DNA of 63,250 nucleotides, the filler included, from Reticulomyxa filosa (Eukaryota > Protista > Foraminifera): assembly GCA_000512085.1 (NCBI GenBank). It is 11 parts of 11 records of this genome, joined end to end, with 100 filler letters (N's around TTAATTAATTAA, not from the genome) between each part and the next. Parts side by side here need not be neighbours in the genome. Positions count along the whole stretch, not along the records: positions 38,214 to 61,587 come from ASPP01029302.1; positions 61,688 to 63,250 come from ASPP01047832.1; 9 more parts are not named here. The stretch is one strand, 5' to 3'. A program made the position numbers and the translations under genes. A model generated the notes under the pieces. The model searched no databases and had not been told where the DNA came from. It saw nothing but the letters and a program-made list of their open reading frames with translations. The first letter of the stretch is position 1, and each line of letters opens with the position of its first letter. Positions 53,857 to 63,250 of the stretch are shown here, one piece after another.

Positions 53857-55769
53857 TCAAGTTTGGACAGAAGAATCATCAACATGATTTGTAATGACTT
53901 TTGGAATAGCGATTTGATCACCATTTTGGTCAGCTTCACGAATTTCACTTAAGTTAATATGATCAACATGTTTATCAGCTGAAGTTACAAACAAGTGGGG
54001 TGATTTATTATAGTTTTTGCTTTTGTTCGTGCTGGTATTTGTTATATCTGTCTTTGTTGCAACCTTGCCCGATCGAGAAGCCAGAGTTGTGTTAATTATA
54101 CCAGCTCTTTTATTTAATGCTTTCATGCAACAGCCAAATAGGGTATTGAAAACTATATCCCCAAATTTGAATGCGCACAACATGCAAATACCTGTATATT
54201 TATCACGTATCACGCATTGTTATACATTTGATGTATGTTAAAAGTAATCTACAAAAGTCTATGTTCGTTCGATCAAGCAAAAAAAAAAAAGAGCATTCAA
54301 AAATACAACGTATACCATTGAGACAAATATCCCAAGGAATAGCCAAATATCCAACATCAGTTAAAGCTGCAGCAAATCCCAAACAAAAGACAGTACTGAA
54401 TACAGAAGTGATAGCAATGACACAACTCCTTTCGATTTTGTATACTTTGTGTTGTTCGCTATGACTAATTGCCCCCAACGAAACCCGTCGAATGACAGCG
54501 GCGCTGAGCGGGTCCACACACACGTACAAACATATAGAAATGATGCGACTTAAGGGATACTGTGTGGTGTAAAAGACATGACAAAGAGAAACAATAGAAT
54601 AAGTCTCAACAGACGAATGATATATCCATAAGACAAATACGTATTCACCAGCGACAAGCACAAGACACCCAATCCCAAGTATATTCTTTCATACCACGGC
54701 GGCCACCTTTGTGTGTCCATGCCCATTAACACGAACGAGTTTGACCGAACTTACACTCCTCTTTCAAGAAAGAAAGAAAACACTTGTAATGAACTACATA
54801 CCCAGCGCATGTGTACAAAGATCGTCCATGAAATGGATTAAAATCTCGGACGGTCAATTGTGTAGCGCACATATTAGGAGTAGCACTCATGAGAGACACC
54901 AACACAGTATACAAAATACTACACACAGCCACCAACGTCCAATATGAGTATCGTTGCCAGCGTTTGATGTTAAATATCGTTTTTTGAAATGCAATCTCTT
55001 TTTTTTTTTTTTTTTTTTTGGCAACTAAAATAAATAAATGATGGAAACAAAACAAAGCCAACAGGATTACCTAATCGGGAAAACCAAAATAATTCCTATA
55101 TATATATTTTTTTTTTTTTTGATCCCTCTTACATTTGCTTTTTTTATTGATGTATACGTATTTGTGGGTACAAATACAGGAACAGATAATGACACTTCTT
55201 AAATACCATGCTTAAATTTAATTCGAATTACAGTATGTGATTTTTTTATAATATGGCACAAATTAATGCGATCGTGCGTCGGGGTATGTAATGTAACAAA
55301 TATATTTACATTTTTTTTTTTTTTGCGAATTGACTTGCATTGGTGAACGAAACAAACGAATAAAATAAAAACCTTAGGCTGTATAAATAACCACATCCCC
55401 AAACAACAGGCACAAAAAAGCGGCAGTAATAAGGTGCTTGAGTGGGCCATTCATAATATCGACCAAGAGTATAGTGCAACCCATTCATTACAATGTACAC
55501 CGTAGAAAAGAGAAAATATGCAATGCAGCTGTATTGCAAGTTTCCTCGTTCCGATTGTTGCAACAAATGATATATTGTGTATAACATCAGCATCACTTGG
55601 ATTGGAGTGACAAGCGAATAGGTTATTACTTTTTTTTAATTATCGTTGCAACAGGGGTTGAGGCTGCGTCCGAGAAAAGAATAAGGAAGAAAGGAGGGAA
55701 GGAAAAAGGATCACCTTGCCCTGTTGCGAGCACATTTTCAAAACGGCCTGGACAAATCGCGTCGGACAT
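53857..55769 (-). CDS. GPCR-like multi-pass (probably 7TM) protein
   Basis: Successive exons with hydrophobic helices, extracellular Cys ('YYCRFF', 'NMCAT..YTCAG'), TM6/7-like 'RSCVIAITSVFST...WDICLNGICMLCAF', a Cys-Cys helix-8-like segment and a polar tail. Confidence 0.55.
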
Positions 55770-56172
55770 TCTGTCGTCACTGCAGATTATTCAAAAAAAG
55801 GAGCGCTGTTTTGAAGCTGGTTCAGTTTTTACTTTCAAACGTGACGGTATTTCATTTTTTTTGGAAATATATCGCATTTGAGGCAAAATGAGTTGTATGC
55901 ATTACACCTATTAGCAAGTTCTCACATTACATAAACAAAAAGGGGTGTTGACGATTTTATGCTAAAAAAAAAATAATAATATGAAATTGACAGCCTTAGG
56001 ACCAAGAGAAGATTGGGGTAGTGTGAAAATTGCCTTAGAGAAAAAGGAAAAGAAAGAAGTTTAAAACAAAAACAGAAGCAAGAGCCTATGCAACAGCGCA
56101 TGACAGAGGGTGTGAAGGAAAAAAAGTTTGCTATAGTGTTTTGTGGCATGGATGCGTGTATGTATGTGAATA

Positions 56173-57016
56173 ATGAAGTTAATAGAGTTAATAGGAGATA
56201 TGTGGAACGAATTGAAAGAAAAGCAACACGAATTAAATCATTTATACTTACAACATTTGAAGCCCCCTCGACAGCTTCTCGATCAAATGGACAATTTTTT
56301 AGACGAATGTGACAATCTGTCACCTCCACTTGTCGAATTAGTAAGCACATGTTTGGCACTTTTCTTACCAAAATTCACTCCCCTTTACTCTGGCTGTCAC
56401 TGATTTTTTCCCTTCAAAAAATCGATCAAACAAACAAACAAAGGGGACAGATTCGAAAAAGGATGAAATGGACAACATTCCATCAGTGCCAACTCATGAA
56501 GGTCAATATCCCTCTTTCAATCCAACTTTTGATGAAAAAGCAAGTATTGTTCAACTAAGAGTGAGCAAGTTGCATTCCCTATCTCAGCAAATTTTGTCAA
56601 CCGATTTACCGGTGATATATACATATATAACTATTTGTAATATAGAAGAGAGTAGTTTTTTTTTCTTCAGAATGATCTTTTTTTGGTGAAACGAACAGCT
56701 AAACGATGAATACGAAGAAAATGAGGTGGAAGAAAATAAGACGGAGGAAAAGAAACAGAAATCACTCCATCGTGTAGACTTTGATTATGGATCTGCAGCG
56801 GCAGTGAGTGAAATGCAGTTGAAAACAGATTGTTATGAATGTGGATTTCAATTAACAAGGATGTTAGATCCAGTCAATGCAAATGAAGGCATTGGAATTG
56901 TTTGTAGTGGATGTGGTCGGTCCAAAGATGAGTTGCGGAGCACTGACTTTTATTATCATTGTACTGTTTGTGAATCTGTCGATTTGTGTATTATTTGTGT
57001 TGCAAGATGGTCTTGA
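56173..57016 (+). CDS. Small protein with C-terminal ZZ/DC1-like Zn finger
   Basis: 'CYECGFQL...IVCSGCG...YYHCTVCESVDLCIIC'; 5' end uncertain. Confidence 0.55.
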
Positions 57017-57636
57017 AACATTTTTTTTTTATCCTGTATATCACTTTTTTCTTCTTCGGTTGTTTTGCGCTTGCCAAACGTGTTCATTTTTTATGAGGTT
57101 TTTCTTACATCCCCAAAAAAAGTTATTGGCCTACAGCGCCCAAAAGAACATCAACTTAAAATTTATTGTTAACTTGGTAAAAATTAAAAATATATTATAT
57201 TTTTTCAAAAAAGTTGTTAGATTATAAATTTTTATCTTATTGAACTACAAAAATTACTTGCTTCCTAATCTCTTCAAAGCTTAGTTAAGCAATAAACGGA
57301 CAACGTCCATCTGTTGTCCTTATTTTTAACTGGACATTTTTTTTGAACGTGTACGAAAACTAGTTTTCAAATTGCATTCTATTTTGGATCAATTTCAAAT
57401 ATTTTCGATGCATTCAGATTTGCAGATTAAATTTAAACAATTAACATTTGAGTTACAATTTTTTTTACAATTTTAATTACAAAAACGAAACAAAATAAAA
57501 GCAACTCTATATACTACCGTTTTGCCTTTTATTAAAAATATCTCTGTCGTGAAGTTAAATCAAGCTTAAGGGAAAATCCGGTAATTGAAATACGAATAAA
57601 TATCTCGGCATTGAATGATTGAGAAATTGAAATGAA

Positions 57637-60506
57637 TCAGTTAACATTATTGTTATCCTTTTTTAGCAATGCAATACTCTCAAACAATATCTTTCGGTCG
57701 TTCTTATCTTTGACACCGAGTTCTTCCAAAGTTTCTCTGTCCAATTGGGCCAAAAGCTCACCAACGAATTCTTTTTTCTGGGTGGCATACCACAATTGTC
57801 GAAAATCGTCAATTCTTTTAAAATACTTTTCAAACCTTTGTCTGTCGATTCGGATCAAATATGTTTGAAAGTCTTCAATATTCCATTTTTGCCATCGTTG
57901 TAAGAAATTTTCCCAGCGGCTCTTTTGAGTCACAATTACTTGTTTGTGGTGTACTTTTTGTTGGATCTCATCGTACCTTTGTTCCAAAGTCTTTCCATTG
58001 GACTTTTCTTCCTGAAGAATATTGGCCAAGTCTAAGTAACTACGATTTGGATCGGTGGGCAATTCACTTCTTACCATCGCCAAATCTTTGGGTGATAAGG
58101 TAGTTTGATGGATGCTCTCCAAAGTTAACAAAGTTGACTTTGGAGATACCTCTTGTTCGTTTTAATGAACAAGCGAATCATACTTATCATAGCCAATTGT
58201 TCAAAAGGTGTTTCACAATATTTTCGCAAAATTTCATTTGCCTTTGTTTCTTCCTCAAATATACGCAACACGTCTTGAAGGCAACTGCATTCCATTGCTA
58301 TCAGATCGTCATACAATGACGGCGTTTTGACGCTTTCACATAACTTTTTTAACTGTTCTTCATTGTCATTAGTATTGTTCGAAAATATTGACTTGTCACT
58401 TTTGCAATCACTGATTAAAAGTGACACTTTTTCGTCGCTCTTGCATACAGTATTACTTTTTTCGGAGTCCATTTTTTGATATGGCTCCGTTCCTGAAACA
58501 GAGTCCCTCTTGAGACTCTGTGCCATCGCAATTGTTGCGTCTAGAGAGTAAGTGGAGGTAATATTTGGCTCGGTTTTGATGATTGCATCAGTAAGACATG
58601 GCTCTGAAGTATTCAATCGTGATTGCTGTGGTAGCGAGGAAAAGGGAGCAACATTTACTGAAGTTGTTGGGTCACAAACATTATTCAATACATTGTTAGG
58701 GAATAACGAACACATTGGAACGTTTCTATCTCCTTCCGGAGAAAACACAAACATTTGTGGGACAAATCCGTACGTGTGACTGTTTACTTTATCATCATAT
58801 TTGAATTTTTTTTTAGGCACAGTGGTATGGTCGTCATCAAGCCACGGCATGTGTTTGCGTTTTTTTGCTACATTTTTGCGATCTATTTTGTTTTAAGAGG
58901 AAAAAAGACATCTTATTGTGAGAAAGCAAGTACAAAAGATTTTTAATGACAAAATTCTCTTCTTTCAAGAAATGGGGCCCTTACTTGGTGATATGCTTTT
59001 TCCATCCTTTTTTTGTGTCTATTGATTAAGGTTACAAACATTGCGACGTTTGTGACATACATTTCAATCACACAAACAATTTTGTAAACGTTTATTTTTA
59101 AAAATTTTCTCCAAACTTTGCGGAGTGGTCGGCCTTTCTTGAAATGAAAGCTGTTTGTAAGACAATAGAAAGGAAACATGCCTAACCTGCTGACTATCGA
59201 CCACAATCGCAGGATAGGTAACTCCATTGACAGAAGTGTTTTGAAATTCCTTAGAGCCAATCCTGAAAGAGAAGAGATTAAAGGCATTACAATCGCCCGT
59301 GCAAAGTTGATAAAACTGATCATTTATATCTTGGAAGTGAAAGGCCTCTTTGGCATCCGTAGAGTCGGAATGAAATTGCCGGTTGCAATTTTTGTGAATG
59401 AGGACCTTGACGTCGATAGGACATCCCAAACTTTTTAAATATTCATGCTTCAAATATAAATCGAAAGACACACGTCTGGAATCCCCATTTTTGCCAAAAT
59501 TGGACTCAAAAGAGGATTGCAAAGACAGACAAATCTGCATAGAAGAATCTACAGTGGCTCCAATTACGCTATCAATTGGTATGTGCTGAAACTCCCTTTG
59601 TGTGTTATGAGCTGTGATACTCATGTATGCCGCATCTGTGACCAGCTCAATCCAGAAGCGTCCGTATGTCAAATTCAATGGTTGTGTCGATCCTTGTTTT
59701 GCAGGCTAAACGACAGATGTCCAACCAATGACAAGCAAACACTTTTCCTACTTCAGCTTAATTGTTTTTGCAAAATAGAGCCAGTAAAAAAAACTTACGG
59801 TAGATGTTCTGATTTTTTCAAACCACAATCTTTTCAATACTTTGATAATCCATTGTTGATCGCACAGTGTCAAACCACTGTCATCCTTCATTGCAGTGCT
59901 GTTTGCCATCTTCATTCGGATTTGCAATGTCAGCACTGTGTTTTCAATTACGCTCATTTTGTCTCTTTGTACATATACACTGACAAAGTCATTCAAATGA
60001 GAACTCACTCTGTGAAAGTCTTCATGAGCGATATGTGTCCATTCCTCTTTGTTATGTAAGCAATGCCTTTTTGTAGGACAATTTATGCAATTATCGATAC
60101 AAAGTGGTGCTGAGGTCATCGTCTCATACCCTTCCTGGCGAATGAAATCAATTACATGGCACCGAGGACACAAATAATTATATCTCTGCAACTTTTCGTC
60201 ACCATGTTTTCCACCTATTTATACAGTAGATCCGATATACGTATATTCTCACTATAGGAAAAAAAATCGAGTCTTATGGCTCTGTTTTCGAGACAAGACT
60301 GGGAAGGAAAGAAGTAGGCCCAAACTCAATCTTTTGACTTCATTATCTTTGAGAACTTTGCCTGTTTGTTCAAAGGACCAAGCCAGCATCAGCCGGCGAA
60401 GTTTTTCTGCAGTGAACTGCAGCTTTCGACGTCCACTCTTCACTGTTTCATCGCCTTTGTTGGCTTTCACTTCGCCATTGTAACTCCAACAATCAATACT
60501 ACTCAT
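57637..60506 (-). CDS. Orphan multi-exon protein with a Cys/His cluster and C-terminal SAM domain
   Basis: 'LCPRCH...CIDNCINC..RHCLH'; SAM 'KWNIEDFQTYL...FEKYFKRI...VGELLAQLDRETLEELGVKDKNDRKILFESI'; 1-nt shift near 58161. Confidence 0.65.
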
Positions 60507-61167
60507 TGAACTTTGCTGTAGTATGGCCTACTAAAAACTGATATTTTCGCGTAAACTGACAACCTTCTTTTTCCCTTTTTTAAAACAAAATTTTTTAAAC
60601 GCTATATTGAGTCTAGTGTGACTCGATGGCATAACTTTAGGTCATGCTTTAACCGTCATATTTTTGCAGTTTTTATAGGCTGACATAACCATTCCATTTG
60701 TAAAGATACTCTTTACAAAGAAAAAACTATCGTGGTGATTATTTTGTGATTCAAAGCACACCATTTTCTCGACATTAAATAGCTTAAATTTTCACTTATT
60801 TGCAATGGCTAAAATATCTAATTTTTTTCGTTTTCTTACAAAATGGACTATCTAGATTTAAACTCGTATCATTAGTACAGTCAAAAACAACGTTACCCCT
60901 TTTTTGTTGTGAATGACTCGATTGCAGTATTTATTTTTTGCTAAAAACACTGTCTGTTTCAAACGTGCAACCAACTGCTAGCAGATCGTCTGACAATAGT
61001 AAAAAAAATGATCAAGTTCTACGATATTGAAGAGAGTGACACTTGTACTAAAATTTGGCGTAGGTAATATAATCACCCACTGTTCCACTAAAACGAATTT
61101 TATTTTTTTACATTTTCACAGACACATTGAAATTTTCTCATTGTCGAAAATATTTTGTTGTAGTTTT

Positions 61168-61587
61168 TTAACTATCTTGATGAATATTCCTTTGCTCTGT
61201 GGATAGTTTATCCGTTAATTTCTTCAGTCTTAATTTTACGTGCAACGTCTCTCGATTGAATTCTCCTAACAATGTACTGTAGAGCCTCCAAGCTTCTTCA
61301 TAATGTTTACAAGCACTTTTAATTTCTCCAGTCTTCTCAAATATCAATCCCAAATTCCAATTTGAATCGGCTGTGGATTTATTCTTTCCAAATATTTGAT
61401 TTTTGATTTCTAATGCTTTGTGATTGTATTCAATCGCTTTATTGTATTGATATCTTTTTTTATAACAAGACCCTAAACTATGATACGAATGTGCAACGGA
61501 AGTATGATAAAGGCCATGAATTTGCAATCGAATTTTTAAAGATTGTTCATGATGATCAATTGCTTTATCATATTGTCCCATTTTAAA
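61168..61587 (-). CDS. TPR protein C-terminus, paralogous to 33593-36561
   Basis: 42-aa TPRs plus the shared cap 'DSNWNLG..FE...YEEA...Y...LGE...ETL'. Confidence 0.85.
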   Translation of the reverse strand, partial: FKMGQYDKAIDHHEQSLKIRLQIHGLYHTSVAHSYHSLGSCYKKRYQYNKAIEYNHKALEIKNQIFGKNKSTADSNWNLGLIFEKTGEIKSACKHYEEAWRLYSTLLGEFNRETLHVKLRLKKLTDKLSTEQRNIHQDS

Positions 61588-62293
61588 NNNNNNNNNNNNN
61601 NNNNNNNNNNNNNNNNNNNNNNNNNNNNNNNTTAATTAATTAANNNNNNNNNNNNNNNNNNNNNNNNNNNNNNNNNNNNNNNNNNNNGCATGGATTTTAA
61701 AGTAACATGACTGTACAAAGTTTTAATCTCATCGCACAAATAAGGTTTAAGATAACCGAATACCATCAAATTAAGTTGATCAATCATTTCGATAAAACAG
61801 TGGCAATATTTTAAGTCATTTGTTTTGTTTTATTTGAGTTTACATTTCAACTTGATATTGATTTTCAAATATTGAAAATTTTAAATAGGCCTAATTGTGA
61901 AATAAACAGTATAAAATTTTCAGTAAATGATTGTCTTTAAGTTATTGTTATATTTATTCATAGTGTAGTGAGACTACTTACGTCACAATGGAGTCAGTAT
62001 GACTCCAAATATACAAAGTTATTTTCTTTATAATTTAAGTTTCAAAAACGCATTCTTACTTTTCTTAAAACGTGCTTTTCCGTTCCAGGTTCTCTACAAT
62101 AGATAGGTATTTATGTAAATATACATATTGATAAGACACTTAGATTTATGTTTAAGCAATTTATTGAATACATTTACATTCGTTAAGACTTTTTTTTTAT
62201 GACGCGGCCTTTTGCTTTAAATAATAGCCCCAACGCTCATTTGACTTCCTTTGGCATTAAAAAGGACAAATATTGCTAAAACAAAGGGTTTGA

Positions 62294-62458
<165 letters not shown>

Positions 62459-63250
62459 TGAGTGCGTATTCTCGAATGCAAAAAATCTCAAGAGCTAAAA
62501 GATATATTTTGGCCTATGGTCCCTTCTAAAAGACACGAAAAGCTCAAAACAAAGACTTACAAGTGTTCATGACAAGTGATGGAAAAGATTCCGGGCTGTT
62601 GCTGCAGATTATGTGATTACTCCGGCGATAAACACAAAAGTGCTGATGACGAATTAGTGCCACTACGAAAAAACTAAAATTGATGAATCAAAACTAAATG
62701 TTGCGTTTACTCGAAGAATCAATTCTATCGGAAAAACTCTTTGAAAATAATTGATTTTTTGTGCCTCCTTCCTTCACTTGAATAGCTTTGTTGTTACTCC
62801 AATGCTATTTCCCGGAAGTTGACAAAAGTGATATTGACATTATTAAAAAAAAGTTGTTCTTCATCAACAAACATCTTTAATGATCAGGGCGGTGATAATG
62901 CAATTTCATTTTTTTAAAAAAGCAAACCAGCCAAATGCTTTTTTTTTTAATGTAAATTTTTAATTAGTTGTTATATATCATAACATTAATAACTCAGACG
63001 TTTATATCAAAAATATTTTTCGTAAAAAAAAATGTTGTTATAGTCCGTTTTGATTATCTCAACAACTTTCGCACATCGAATATCTTCGGCAATCCAGGAA
63101 TAAAAATTTTATCCTTGAAAACTTTGAAAATAATGATTGAAATAAATGATGCAACATAAAAAAATAAAAAATCTGGAACTAGACCCTTTTTAAGGAACTA
63201 TTCAACTCATCATTATTTTTCAATTCAAAAATAGGTTTTTATTTATTTAC

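Noticed and set aside
13206-61687. TTAATTAATTAA flanked by Ns as a biological repeat or CRISPR-like array
   Set aside because: Fixed 100-nt six-frame-stop assembly linker. Cross-linker gene neighbourhoods were ignored for the same reason.

Overview
AT-rich eukaryotic draft-genome DNA. Eleven unrelated contigs are joined by ten artificial 100-nt linkers (N44-TTAATTAATTAA-N44), so gene neighbourhood is meaningful only within a contig. The ubiquitin junction LRLRGG-A-MQ, the lineage-type WD40 and TPR families and the short introns point to a foraminiferan/Rhizarian, probably Reticulomyxa-like (inference). Recognisable genes: probable Mut-7/EXD3-like N-terminus, NDR kinase, CCT3, PX-START protein, TRPV-type ankyrin channel, IBR-PARP fusion, Cys-less pentameric ligand-gated channel, REX1-B, DIS3L2 with a long RG/acidic N-terminus, Ap4A phosphorylase, DnaQ-like exonuclease divergent from PCNA, RalGAP-alpha-like, C2orf69-like, a GPCR-like 7TM protein, a SAM-domain orphan, and several pseudogene fragments. 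The most striking locus is a PB1-like + caspase-fold protease + ~10 x 42-aa TPR fusion (33593-36561) with variable repeat positions and a second family member in the window; it is a candidate one-component sensor-protease (immune or allorecognition) system. All assignments come from motif recognition by eye; no searches were run, and exon boundaries are approximate.
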